Source: Lytechinus pictus (taxonomy: Eukaryota). From it: a DNA stretch of 64,000 nt. Below the pieces are notes generated by a model. That model saw only the letters and a list, made by a program, of their open reading frames with translations, was not told the DNA's origin and did not search any database. The stretch's first letter is position 1. Each line of letters begins with the position of its first letter. The stretch spans positions 23,188,001 through 23,252,000 of the forward strand of contig NC_087261.1 in the NCBI RefSeq assembly GCF_037042905.1, written 5' to 3'. A program made the position numbers and the translations under genes. Positions 27,190 to 40,645 of this stretch are shown here, piece after piece.

Positions 27190-28275
27190 GGGGAAGGCGG
27201 GGTAAGTTGAGCATAGGGGCAAGTTGAGCCACCAACCCCAGGCCAATAATGAATTAGTCCGACATTATGGTGGTGTCATGTATTGATGACCCATTACATA
27301 ACTCTTCACCCAACCACATTGTTTTCAACTTTGAAACAAAAATTAATTTTTAGAGGGAAAAATACGAATTTCACCCCAAAAAGTAAAAAAGGGAGTGAAA
27401 TAGTTAAGTGCTTTTTACCCGCACACATCTTTAAATATAATTAAGAAATAAAAACGATATTGTTAGTCCAGGTATGGATTCTCATTCTTGTCATAGTCTT
27501 TTACATGACGGATGCATATGAAATGTGTGGATATGAAAATATCATATTAAGTTCGGACTGCGGTATTTCGAGCCAGCCAACATGGGGCAAGTTGAGCCAT
27601 AGTAATTCTTATGGTAATGTATAGTTAAAAAACAAACAAACCTTAAAAAACCATTGATATGCAGGCAGATAGGAGCAAATTCACATGATAGTTCTTTTAC
27701 TTTTAGAGGTTGTTAGTATTCATAGAGAATTAGCAAGTAAAAAGACTGAAAATAAAAAAAAATTACATGCTGGTTCTTCCCGCATACATTTTGTACATAG
27801 TTTTTGTGGCTTAACTTACCCAGAAGGTGGCACAATTTACCCCACAGATGGGGCAAGTTGAGCCATTTGACATCGTTTTTTTTTCTCAAAGGTCACAATG
27901 AATTTCAGTATGGGGGTAGAACGTTTTATATAGGTGAAAAATATTTCCCAAGAATCAAATTTTAAGGCTAAGTACTTATTTCTACAATAATATTAGTCAC
28001 ATCAATTCTAACACACTGTAAAAACTGTGGTGTTAAAACTGACACCAATTGGTGTTAATAGAGGACCACACCCTGAGGTGTTAAAATAACACCCTAGAGA
28101 TTGAACATAACACCAAAGAGTGTAAATGTAACAACCATAGGTGTAAAACTAACACCACCAATTTAACACCGGTGTAAAATAACTGGTGTGGTCCTCTATG
28201 TACACCGGTTAACACCACAGTTTTTGCTGTGCATGCAAAATGCAAAAAAGTGTCACAACTTACCCCGCCTTCCCC
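27190..28275. mobile_element. Non-autonomous DNA transposon flanked by TA
   Basis: TIR GGGGAAGGCGGGGTAAGTTG / CAACTTACCCCGCCTTCCCC; internal repeats of GGGGCAAGTTGAGCCA. Confidence 0.85.
28014..28231. mobile_element. CACTG-terminus MITE (CMC/EnSpm-like) nested in the 27190-28275 element
   Basis: TIR CACTGTAAAAACTGTGGTGTTAA / TTAACACCACAGTTTTTGCTGTG, 2-bp CA duplication; close copy at 37122-37324. Confidence 0.85.
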
Positions 28276-28277
28276 TA

Positions 28278-31200
28278 TAGTCCGGGAGCACAATCTCATA
28301 GGGGTCCTATTTAAGGAGTTCGTACAACCCACACCATAGAAAAGGTTTGACATCATAGGGGGGCAGTATGGACCCTCTAGATTACTGCTAGGTAGGTAGT
28401 AGTCTAAAATTGTGGTATCACCTTTTTTTCTACAGACGAATTTAAAGAGCGATGTAAAATATCAAAAAAATTTAGAAATCAATAATCAGTAGGGTAGGGT
28501 GAAATGTAAGTTGCCATATCTCCGCTTGTATATGTCACGAATATGTCATTTATGTATCAAAATGTTGCTGGTGACAGCTCTAACGTTACAGTAACATTTA
28601 AAAGTGAAATTTAGATATCAAATCTTCAAAATAGGAATACACTAATGGCGAATATCCACTTCCATCTCAAGTAGATATGAAAAAATTGATACGATAAAGT
28701 GATTTTGTGTTGTTAAACATAAGGCGCTCTATATAACTACAGTGGGACTAAATATGCATTATGCGTAACAAAATGATAAATTTGGCAATATTTGTTAACA
28801 TTTCAGATATGTTTTAACTACCATATATGGGCTACTTTTCACAATCATGTAGTGCCGTTAGTTTGAGATCCAACGCTGCATGAATCATTTAGCATTTCTA
28901 GTTCACTTGAGATATAATCTGATCCGAACCTTATTACATTTTCTTTCTTTAAACTCTTTTTTTTTCTTCATTTCTTTAAATTGTATATTCTTGTATAGGG
29001 TTCATTCGTCGAAAGGCTCCCTGCCCAAGGGGGGGGGGGGGCGCTACCATAGTCACCCCATCCTTTTTCCGAAGTTTGTCTATTTCTTGGAATATTTGCC
29101 ATTTTGAAGTCACTGCTGAGGCAGATAGCATTTCTACTATGTAGTAAACCCTCTTTTCTTCATTTGAAACCACATTAACACAAAGGAGTAACCTTGTATC
29201 TATCCGTTATAAATAAAGAAGTGCTGGCAACCTCGCTCAGAGGGGCTGCCAAAGTCACCCAGCCATTTTCAGTATTTTGTTTATTAATGTAAAAATCTGC
29301 CATTTTGAGGCCCCATTGAGGCAAAAAGAACATTTATGTTATGTAGTAAAGCCACTTTTATTGTCATGAAATCACTTTGGGACAAAAAAAGTAGGGTTTC
29401 TCTATCAGCTACATATAAAGAAGTGCTGGGACATCGAAGCCTATACCACACAGAGGGCTGCCGAATTTGCACACCCCATTTCCGTATTTTGCCTATGAAT
29501 GGGAAAATCTGCCATTTTAGAGCCCCCAATCAGGCAAAAACCTGTTTCTGCTGTAACGCAAGCCACGTACATTGTCTTAAAACTACTTGGAGAGAGAAGA
29601 GTACTTATTTTTTAATCAGCTGCATATAACGAAGTGCTAGGTAATCGAGGCCTACCCCCCCCCCCCCCCCCCTCATGGGCATGCCGAAGTTTCCCACCCC
29701 TTTTCCGTATTTTGCCTATTTATGAGAAAATAATTATGTCATTTGAAGCCCCCATTGAGAGAAAAAATATGTTTCCACTGTAAGGCAAGCCACATATGTC
29801 GTCGTAAAACTATATGGAGATAAAAAAGTGGTCTTCTTTCTATCAGTTACATATAATGAAGTGCTAGGGAATTTGAGTCTACCCCGTCAGGGGGCTGCCG
29901 AAATTAATCACCCCTTTTCCGTATTTTGCCTATTTATGGGAAACTCTGCCATTTTGGAGCCCCCATTGAGGCAAAAAGCTGTCTCCACTGTAAAGCAAGC
30001 AACTTAAATCGTCTTATAACTACTTGGAGACAAAAGAGTACTTCTTTTTCTATCAGCTGCATATAAAAAACTGCTAGGAAATCGAAGCGTATCCCCTTAG
30101 GGGTCTGCCAAATTTACCCACCCCTTATTCCTATTTTCCCTATTTATGGGAAAATCTGCCATTTTGGAGCCCTCATTGAGGCACAAAGCTGATTCCGATA
30201 CAGCAAAAATCGTATTTTGCTCCAATGGGGATGCCAAAGACGATATTTCCAAATACATGTCAAGTACGAAAAAGGGTGAGGTAACTCTTAACAGGATTCT
30301 GTAAAAATAGGCTTTAATATGCCAGGACAATATTTTGAGCAATTGTCTCCTTGATAAATTGCATGAGATCAATAAAAATAAAAAGCTGCATCACTAAAAT
30401 ATGCGTTAAATCTACTCCTAGGTCATTTGCATCATAAGTTTAGCCCTTCTTTATATACTTGCTTGCTCGCCTCTCTATGCTCTTTTATTCTCCTCTCTTC
30501 TCTTCCTTTCACTTCTCGTAGCCCTTTGTTTTTTAATTGTTGTTTACTCCTGGCTTTAAAGGTATCCCGAATTCCAAAAAAAGCATCTGCTTTCTGGGTT
30601 TTACGCATTCTTCCATGTACAAAATATATACTGTATTTTACATTCATTGTTTTCTCTACTATATATTAATGATATTATTGATGTGTATGTTATAAATGAA
30701 AATTGATTAAATGACAATTGGAATAAAATAGATGTTAAATTGAATTGAAATGAAGTTAAATATATAATGCAGCAAAAAACATGCGACATTCCTCCAGTTA
30801 CTTTAGTCATTGTAAATGAATAGGAATACTAACTATAGTAACATTCATCTGAGAATTGAACTTGATCATCATAATTTGCAATGTAAACTTCGATTGAAAA
30901 TTATCACACAATAGATATGTTCACTTCGAAATATTTGTCGTATCACTAGGCCTATCATCCAGTATCATTTCGATACTTGTTATTTAGGCGGCGGAGACCA
31001 TCATACTTATGGGGGGATTGATATAAACAAAGACTATGAGGGGGTGAACGACTTGGAAATATTTACATTTTATGATGTTCAGTAATTAATACTGCTGTAA
31101 AAATGGGGGGGGGGGGGGCTTTGGGTCGTTGACCACTTAACAAATTTCACGATTAAAAAAATGAAGTTAGAAAAAAGAAAAGGAAAGGTAAAGGAGGAAA

Positions 31201-31857
31201 TATTATATTTTCTGGATAATATGTCATAATCTGTCCAAAAACATATTGGTGTAATTAAAAAACGAAATTTTTGTCTCAATCGCTTCGATCGCGCGCACAG
31301 TTCCTTAGACATTTAGCCCCATACTCCATGTCTGGCTCCATCATTTTAATTTTTGAGGGCGGGGTCCTACGCCAGTGGTAACGAATTTGGTTTGGATCAG
31401 ATTTTATCGACAGTCAAAAGTAATTCTTATTGATTTAAGCATATTTGATCCAAGTATAGTTTTAAAGAGCGCCACATATTTAAATACAAAAATTAATATA
31501 TCGTCTTAATTATTTCATATCTACTTATTTTTAAGGTTCGATATCTCAATTTCAGTTTTTAATGTTGCTGTAACATTAGAGCTGTCACCCAGCAACATTT
31601 TGATACGTGAATGACGTATTTATGACATATACAAGCGGAGATATGGCAAGTTACATTTCACCTTCCCCTTAAAACTTATTGATTTTTTTTACTTTTTTTA
31701 TATTGCTCTTTAAATTCAACGGTAGTAAAAAAAGTGATACCACAATTTGAGAATACTACCTATCTAGAGGGTCCATACTAAATACCTTTGGTATCAAACC
31801 TATTCTGTGGTGTGGCTTGTACGAACTCATTTTTCACAGGTCCTTGCTCCCGGACTA
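28278..31857. mobile_element. Non-autonomous DNA transposon with ~340-bp imperfect TIRs and TAG..CTA ends (Academ-like)
   Basis: Ends TAGTCCGGGAGCA / TGCTCCCGGACTA; 28278-28620 aligns in inverse to ~31530-31857 (e.g. ttgccatatctccgcttgtatatgtca / tgacatatacaagcggagatatggcaa). Superfamily inferred from termini only. Confidence 0.75.
29030..30200. repeat. Tandem array, about 6 copies of a ~215-bp unit, inside the long-TIR element
   Basis: tttccgtattttgcctatttatgggaaaatctgccattttggagcccccattgaggcaaaaa recurs at ~29065, 29265, 29480, 29700, 29915 and 30125. Confidence 0.85.
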
Positions 31858-32374
31858 TTACAAGGCCAACCGGTTCACGAACTCTCACAGTGATGCACTC
31901 GTCATTCTTGGAACCATGCAACTGCACAACCACGATGCGCCCCAGTTTATGAAGTGAAGATATTTTGTCGGAAATTTCATTTTGGTGTCGCTAGAGATTG
32001 TGCTGCACTGTGAAGTCAGAACCCACTTTACTAATGGACAAGACCCGGGGATTAGAAAGAAATATTAGGACAATAATAATAATAATAGAAATAATAATAA
32101 ATAATAATAAGCGGTTCTTAGAGACGCGTAATACCGTGTCAATAGTCTCTATGCGTGTAGAAGAATTGCTGTTTTCTATAGGGCTAATACATGTGTTTCT
32201 CAAAGAGATATGTTTGAACACAGATTTGAATCTGTTGAAATCTTTTATTGATATTATAATATGAGGCAGATTGCCACCCCCCCCCCTCCCCCCCCCCCCC
32301 CCAAAAAAAAAAAAAAAAAAATATCCCATTAGTCCGGCAAGTGGTCCACGACTTTATCATGGGTAAACATTTAT

Positions 32375-34435
32375 TGATGATTGATTGATTTTAATTTGGC
32401 ATGTCACCATAACATATATACAGTAGCATTCAAAACAACAGGCTTGCACGGGATGACCCACGAAAGCTCGAAACCTTATTTCCAGTGGGGTCCTCGAAAT
32501 ATAGAATTACGATAATATAATGGTAAAATTACATAATTTACATATTTAAAAAAAATCATAATTTACTATTACCAAGAAATAAGATATGGAGATAATATAT
32601 ACAAAAATATAGCGAAGAAGAAGAAGAAAAGAAGGAGAACATTTATATCCTTTATATCATTGGGAAGAGAATTCCAATTTTTTATAGCATTGCAATAAAA
32701 TAACATACAAATACTACCTTCCCTTTCTGGTAAGCAAAAATTGAAGTGGCTGTTTCTTGTATTACAGTTATGTAATTCGGTAACTAGATTAAAGTTTGAT
32801 ACAATATAGGCCTAATGATTCGATCGATTGTGATAGATTTTATGCACGTGGTGCAAAATGAGCTGTTTTGATCTTTTGTTGACTTCGAGAAAACCTGCTC
32901 CATATATTTCGGTGTAGCCCAACATGGGTTCTGGGACCAGAACAATTACTGAATCTAACCATTTTATTCTGTATAATTTTCAAGTTCTTTATATCGAATT
33001 CGCTTATGCCACTAAACCAAGCAGGGTTAGCATAGTCAAATAAACTCTGAATAAGAGCAAAACAGAGAATACGCATTGCTTTCTGGTCCATACAAATTCG
33101 ATACCTAAACATAAATTTCAAACGGGCATTCGCCTTTTTTACGATTGATTCTACTAAAGATGAAAATGAAAGGGAGCTGGTCAGCTTAATGCCTAAATAC
33201 TTTACAGATTCTTTCCTCTGAGTGATCTCATTATTGTACAGTGTATGTCACTTCAAATTCAAATGACGTTATATAACTACTTAAGAACAAAACATTATGC
33301 TTTCGGTTTTGCCTAGAATATATTATTGATGTTGCCGATAATATAATATTAGTCATCCAATCGCCACATGAAGACAGCTTTTCGCTAAGTTTTTCTTCAA
33401 CGAATTTTGGGTTGGAATTTGAACAAAGTAGTACGCTATCATCTGCATACAATAATAATATACAGTCAGCTTTTATACAAATAGACATGTCATTGATTTA
33501 AGTTCAAAATAGGGCCTAGAATACTTCCCTATGGAACTCCACACGTTATAGGCATAATTTTGGAAAGAATATTTCGAATAGCCACTACTTGATGTCGATT
33601 CGACAAGTAAGATTTGGACCATGCTAAACTAGCCTGGTTAAAACCCATTATTTGTATTGTTTCAATAAGATGCCATGATTAACTGTATCAAATGCTTTTT
33701 GAAGATCTAGGAGTACCATCCCAACGAATTGCCCCCATAGACGTATTAGTTCTCAGGTAATCAGTCAAGTGAATAAGGCATGTCTTAGTCGAATAGTCAT
33801 GTCGAAAAGCAGACTGATATTCGTAAATCATATCATTTTCTTTAAAATACTTTTCGACTGAACCCATACCGCCTTTTCTAGAATTTTGGATACTATGCTT
33901 AAAACACTGATAGGTCTGTATTTTTCAACAGCGGTTTTGTCTTTCTTTTTATGAATAGGAGTTACTTTAGCAATTCTCATTTAGACTGGGAAAGTGCTAG
34001 TAAAGATAGATAGATTTATCACGAAACTTAATGGTTGGTACAAAATCTTTGCTCCTTCTTCTAGAAATCTAGCAGGTATCAAATCCAACCCGGTGCTTTT
34101 TGATACATTTAATTTACACAACTCATTAAAAATGAATTGATCACTAACAGGTAATAATTCAAATTTATCTTGGCGTATATCTTTTTTTTTCATAAAATTC
34201 ACGAACGTTCTCACTGTCTGCACTGAAAATGTTGTTGCAAGATGGAAGTATCTGCCAACGTAGCTGTGACATTTGTAAAATAGGAAGTGAATTCATTGAA
34301 AATAGTTATCTTATTATGACACAATTCTCCGTCAATTGAAACGACTAATTATCGGTCCTTTCCAGTTTTCTTTTTTAATCCCAAACTTTTTAGATTCTGC
34401 CAAAGTCTTTCAGAATCATTTTTATTTTATTCTAT
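32375..34435 (-). mobile_element. Decayed CR1-group (Crack/Daphne-like) LINE
   Basis: Broken RT motifs KSTGLDLIP, YRPISVL, LDLQKAFDTVNH, LYADD; 3' stem-loop at ~32450-32495 and a (caat)n-like tail at ~32375-32395; many stops and frameshifts. Confidence 0.85.
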
Positions 34436-34722
34436 TTTATTTTGTAGGCATTCTAATTTGGCCTTTTTCACCTCTCTTTGAACCATATTTCTTAATAACT
34501 GTTTGATTTTTTTTTAGGTGACATGCGGATAAAGAAACAGCAAAGTAGTAATGAATGTAGTCTTTGTAGTGGATTATAAAACTATCGTGAAGAAATATTA
34601 AACAAGAAGTGAATGTTTTTCTATCCGATTTATCCATTTATATTATCTTTTCATTATAAACGGAGCCAATTACAGACATGACAGAAGTCGATTATGTCAG
34701 TTATTGGCAGGAAAACAACAAT

Positions 34723-37700
34723 CTAAGTCCCTCCTTGTTCGTGAATGCGGGATGAATAATAGGCAACTTGTCGTCCACAAGGTTCATCTTTAACAGGAGG
34801 TGTGGTTATTTTAGATGAATAGTATACTTGTGAAGGGATGCCTTGGAGAGGCTTACAAGTATCACTTTCTGGTTTGGTTATTCTGGTGGAATAGTACAGT
34901 CTTTGAGGAAGTGGAGGAGTTGGGGTAGGATCCGTAGGGGTAATGTATCCATCTTCATTTGCGTGACTGTCATCCCCATTTATAGAGTTCGGTTTGATAG
35001 GTTTTGCGTAAGTGTACTCGTGATACTCGTCCGTCGAGCTTTTCTTGGACGGGTCTGACGGGGTTCGATGGCTATGTGGTGATTTCGGGTCAAGTCTAGG
35101 GTGATCAGCTTCTTCGTAATAGTGGTTTAGCAGATCCTCTGGAAGGTCGCGACGTCCTGGATTCGGCACATACGCAGCATCAGGGACAGGAAGGCTACCG
35201 GAAGTGGGTGGCTGATTTAGCCCTTGATACTGTTGATTAGGTTTATGTGACCGTCCACGACCGTCCTTGCTAGTTAATGGCTTTTGCTGAACAAAGACCG
35301 CTGTGGCGTTTCCACGAACGTTTCGCAGTCGCCGACGAATCAGTGCGGCACAACTAATTGTTACGAAGACAGCTATGCATACTGCAGGAATAGTTATTGG
35401 AATAACAAGACTCCGGTTTTCATCGTGCCCATCAGTAATTATTGCTAAAAAAAAAGGGGAAAATATGTAAAAAATAGTTAAATAAAGGATTTATGGAAGA
35501 AATAAATGTTGTATTACATTTGCATATTTTGGATATAATTGTCTTGAAACATTATTATTAATATACGTGTCACTAACTGTATTAATATTGTTATTATTAT
35601 TAATTATTATTATTATTACAGTTATTATTATATCTATATTATTCTTTTATTTGGGGGGGTTACATAATTAAATGATTTTTTTTACTTATTCATAAGCTAC
35701 TAAGTGCATTTACATTTTCCTTACCATTTTGATGTTTTTGTTTAATATAATGAGTATATCGATCACATATACATGAGAGATAAAAGCACCAATCAAATTC
35801 GCGATACTGGTTCATTCGGGTGTTCTTGAATCATCATAATTCTCAACAAATTCATGTGTTTATGCATCGGCAACACGACATGCCCTTTTATAAATTCAAT
35901 TTACAAACAATCGTGATGTACAAGTTAACCAATAATAATACATGTATGTCGTCTATCATTAGTGAAATTTAAACGCGCTGTATCGACGTCTGTGGAATTA
36001 ATCATTCCATGGCAGTAATTCGGAAATTAATCTTTTATTATTTCTTACCATTCTGATCTGTTGACGGTCCATTCTTACCCGTCCCCTCAAGCTTAATATG
36101 TAGTGGAGAACCACATTCCTCACTCGAGTTGATATAAACTGTAAGAAATAAATATGAAAAAAAGTACTTTCATATTATAAGTGTATGTAATTCATTCAAA
36201 AGATAGGAAAAAGAAAATGGTGAGCTTAATCAACTCGGGACGAAAAAAATGATATTACAATCCGTCCCTTTGGAGCGGTAAAAGTGTAAATATTAGGAAT
36301 CTGTTTAGGATTTCTCCAAAAATCAAATTCAAACATCTTGACGAACGTTTCATCAATAGTTCTGTCCGACAAGTTTTCGGTTCTGACAACTTTCTTTGAT
36401 TTTGATTTGATGAGAAATGGTGTTATCATGGTGCACATGTATTGTCATTCGACTTGCAGGCTGATACTTTACCATGTTCCTTTCATGCTTTTCTATATTT
36501 TTATGGAAATAGATTATTGTTTATTATTACTATTACTCTGATGATGTATTAAGCATTATATAATTATGGAATTAATCCTTGTTTACATATATATATTTTT
36601 TTTTAGGGGGGGGAATCCACAAACAAAATTTGCCTTACCGGTATATAGAGACACAGAGTTAAAGCTTCCACAGAACATGCCGGAGTCTCCCAGACAAGGC
36701 ACGCCACAATACGTGTCTGGCAGCGGCTTGCTCCTACACGTCTGCTGGCATAAGCACGAACATTTCGAGCGATTGAAGACACCGGCCAAAGGAAATCCAC
36801 TTTCTTTACATGCTTGTGTGCAGGACCCTGGAGTTACTGTGATGTTGGAAAGTAAGTTGACGACGTGGTGGAATTGTAAGCATCCGCGGTCATAGCAACC
36901 GATGTATTCCCCATCTGTAAATTAAAAATATACATATATTATCATGTACACATGCATTTATCATTTAGGGTTATTATTCCATTTAATCGAATTCATTTGT
37001 TAATGTCATTAAGAGTCATTTCATTTCATGCTCATTCTTTTTTCTTTCTCTTTATCTCTTTCTTCTTGTCTTCCTTTCTTGCTATTGATTCTTTTTTTTT
37101 CTGTTGATTAATTAGTGGGCACACTGTAAAAACTGTGGTGTTAAAACTGACACCAATTGGTGTTAATAGAGGACCACACCCTGAGGTGTTAAAATAACAC
37201 CCTAGAGATTGAACATAACACCAAAGAGTGTAAATGTAACAACCATAGGTGTTGTAATAACACCTAAAACTAGCACCACCAATTTAACACCGGTGTAAAA
37301 AATAACACCACAGTTTTTGCTGTGCATAGTCCGACAGGCATAGTAGGATTAATGTACAGTAAAAGAAAGATAATTGTTATTTAGTCAGATATTTGTTTAG
37401 TTTGTTATTAAAGGCCAAATTTATTTTTGCGACAATGATGTGCTTTATTTATGTATTTTATGATATTTTTTATTATAATACTACGAATACAACATCATCT
37501 CAGAAATAATGAGCTTCTCACCAGATTGGTTGGATTGTTAATGGCATGTTATGTATTTGAGAAAGGTTTATTTGTTGTTGTTTTTTTCAAAGGAACTTAT
37601 AAAACATTCACACAATATTGATATGTTTTACTAAAGCCTTTAGTGCACCAGCAAAGCTGAACATTTTCGAGCAATCAGCCACAGATTCGCTATCGCTATT

Positions 37701-37971
37701 ACCCACATTACTTCTCGATATGCATTGGTGTCTATACAGCATAATGAATGTTTGATCCCATTATATCTTAGCAGCATAATATTGTGTAATTAAGTTATTA
37801 TTTTGGTATACTAAAGTACTGCAGAAAATTAATATTTAATGGTATATACCCCAAATATATAAATACGTAAATACATGTATACTCACATTCAGCACTATAT
37901 TTCGAGTCGCTGCCGCCACTAGATCCAATAACGTGACTTATCAAAACAATGGGAATAACATACATCTTCAT
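34723..37971 (-). CDS. WSC-domain single-pass receptor-like gene C (~380-390 aa)
   Basis: Exons 37971-37887 (MKMYVIPIVLISHVIG.., donor T|GTGAGT), 36914-36639 (WSC GEYIGCY..CTQAC..CSCLC..CGVPC..FCGS..SLYT), 36138-36049 or 36138-36079 (stalk) and 35444-34723 (TM LVIPITIPAVCIAVFVTISCAALI-RRR; tail HYYEE, HEYTY, EDGY, three YYS[ST][RK]I). All phase 1. TATATAAA at ~38120-38113. Confidence 0.88.
37122..37324. mobile_element. CACTG-terminus MITE in intron 1 of gene C
   Basis: Same family as 28014-28231, with CA duplication. Confidence 0.85.
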
Positions 37972-39528
37972 TTTAACTACGCGATATTTCGAAGAAAATG
38001 AGGGAAGGTAGTTTTTAAAAAGATGCCAACACGAGTTCGATTGATTACCATAATAGTCTAACCAAAACTGGCGCAAATCAATATAAAGTCCGTACAATGA
38101 GGATATGTGGTATTTATATACCTAGGCTCATCATCTTGACAGAAGTAAGATTGTTCTGTAATTTGCGTTTCCCATCATCAATGACTTAAAGTATGTGAGA
38201 TGATAAAGCATTTCATAACCGGGGGGAGGGGGGGGGAGAGGGCAGAAACTTGGGGTGACAACATTTTGTTTACAAATAAAGAAGACCCTTTGCTGTTATG
38301 CATGTTGCCTTTTAAAATAATTGCAAAACGGGGTTTCCATAATACCCCACATTTAAAACATATTATCAGAACGAAACGTAGTTACAAGACGGAAAGGGCT
38401 CTTAATATGGTAAATTTAGCACAACATTCGGCCAGGGCGAGAGGTACGTACCCCCTCTCCCCTTTCGCCTACCCACACATGAAAGTAGTCGAGAGGTTCC
38501 AGGCCACTTATGTTCAGTAAACAAATTGAATGAATGCGAGATTAATCACCATTATTGTTAATCAAGGATCATTACAAGTTTCGATCAACAATTAATTTTA
38601 ATCAATCAGATTGTTTAAGTGTATAATAAAGACATGTTCGATTTGGTAATTGCACGGTCCTTTATATCACGTGGTTCACAAAAGGTTTTTCTCGAGATAA
38701 AACTTCAAATATAATTTGTGAATAATCTTTTAAACCATGTTTGCATGATTTGTGTAACCCCAATTAAACCGCTTGTTTATATACAACACACATCGTCACA
38801 CATCGTGCACTATAGCACACATTCACACTAACTGACTATTACAAAGTGTCACTTGGGGTCCATTTAAAATTTGACCTTCAACTAGGCTGGTTTTCAGACT
38901 TAATAAACAGAAAAAAAAGTGAGCATAATGCTGTTTCTGTGTGAAATATGATGATCAATATATTGCCTAGTGTTCGGAAAATTAATCTGGACAGGGGACA
39001 TCCCTGATGGTTGGGCGCTCCTGGTTAGTTTCTTGAATTTAAAAAATTGCCCCCCCCCCCCCAAAGAAAAAAAACCGAGCTTTCCCTCCCCACATAAACA
39101 CGCACTCCCACCCCACATACACACGCACACCCATACACGAGGAAATGTTTCTCCATACCATTATACTTATTAATCTTAGAAGGACAAATTAAGACAATGG
39201 CATACAATCCATAGAACCATGATAACGTTTTGTAAAATATGCTATGGATATCTCTTAAGATATATTTTGTGTCGGAAATATATAGATGATGTTAGTCTAG
39301 GCATTTATTTGTCAGATGAAGGGAGTGATTGAAAGTGAGACTCATTTATAGTTTTATTAATTAAGTTCAGGGCCATTAGATTCTGACACAATGGGCTTGG
39401 TGAGAAATAAAATCATTATAGAGTGTAATTTGCTTCCCGCTTACTCTAGTTGGTTTCAAATTCAAGACCTTACCATTATTAGGTGAAATTACCAAAAAAT
39501 AAATTAGTATAAAAATTGTGTTCATTTT

Positions 39529-39673
39529 CATAATCATCAGCATCATCATCACTGTCAACATCATCATCATCATCATCCTCATCACCATAATCATCATTAT
39601 AATCATCATCGTCATCATCATCATCATCATCACAATAATCATCATTATCATCATCATCGTCATTATCATCCTC
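39529..39673. repeat. Imperfect (CAT)n microsatellite
   Basis: catcatcat.. run; explains the spurious poly-M/D/I ORFs. Confidence 0.95.
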
Positions 39674-40451
39674 CTTATGTTTGTTTTGATAAGAAAAAAA
39701 AGAATGGCAATGTCCCTGGAATAAAAAAAAGTTGTACGTCAATGTGAATCAAAATCAGAAAATTATTTTTTGTATTGTAATGAGGTCCAATTTTATACAT
39801 TCATATTTGTTTTATTTCTTAACTACAATTTCTAATTTGCTGGTCATTTTTATAAATGCAAACTTTTAATAAGTATGCTGCTTGTTGCAGGAAATGATCC
39901 TCTTGTAATGCCCAGAAAAGACTGCCTATACGAGCCCTTGGGTTCACTGCATGGTGACCCAAAAAAGATAGATGAATACAAGTTTTCGTTTTAATAAGGA
40001 CAAACATGTAACAAAAGTTTTGTGTAGATACCAATACAGAGCTTTCTGTTTCTTCTACAGGTTTCTTCTATAAGAAAACGGTGAACAATATCAGCTCCCT
40101 TTTGCTAGGCAATGTACAATTCACCATTCCGCTTACCAAAAATGCAAGGTTAGGACCGGCAGTAAACTTAAGATCCAGTGTATGGAAGAGTGCAAAATGT
40201 TATACATTTATATAAATATATATGTATATAGTGTGATGATAAGTTTACTTCTACCAATCGCTGTAGAGTTGTGAATATTAAACATAAATGAGATGACTTT
40301 CCTAAAGAACGAGATAGGATACGGTCATACTTAACTATCACAATAGTCTGTAAATACAGACGCTTCTGACGAAGTCTCAATTAAAAGACGAAAGCTAAAG
40401 CAAATAATGGTGTCCTGCGTCATCTGTTGAGTTGGCCTCGCCTCATCTCAT

Positions 40452-40452
<1 letters not shown>

Positions 40453-40518
<66 letters not shown>
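40453..40518. repeat. (TA)n microsatellite
   Basis: Direct reading. Confidence 0.95.
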
Positions 40519-40522
<4 letters not shown>

Positions 40523-40645
40523 TTTATATCAACTGTGTAAATACTTCTGTACTTAGGTCCTCACTCACAGGTACGTACACTCTGGTTAATAGCGTTTATT
40601 CTGTTCTAAGCATGACATATTATCAATCAGTTCTTCGCGACGCCG

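Noticed and set aside
29030-30200. CRISPR-like periodic array
   Set aside because: Eukaryotic context; whole ~215-bp units are homologous, with no unique spacers and no cas genes.
39376-39742. Poly-Asp, poly-Met and poly-Ile ORFs
   Set aside because: Translations of a (CAT)n microsatellite.
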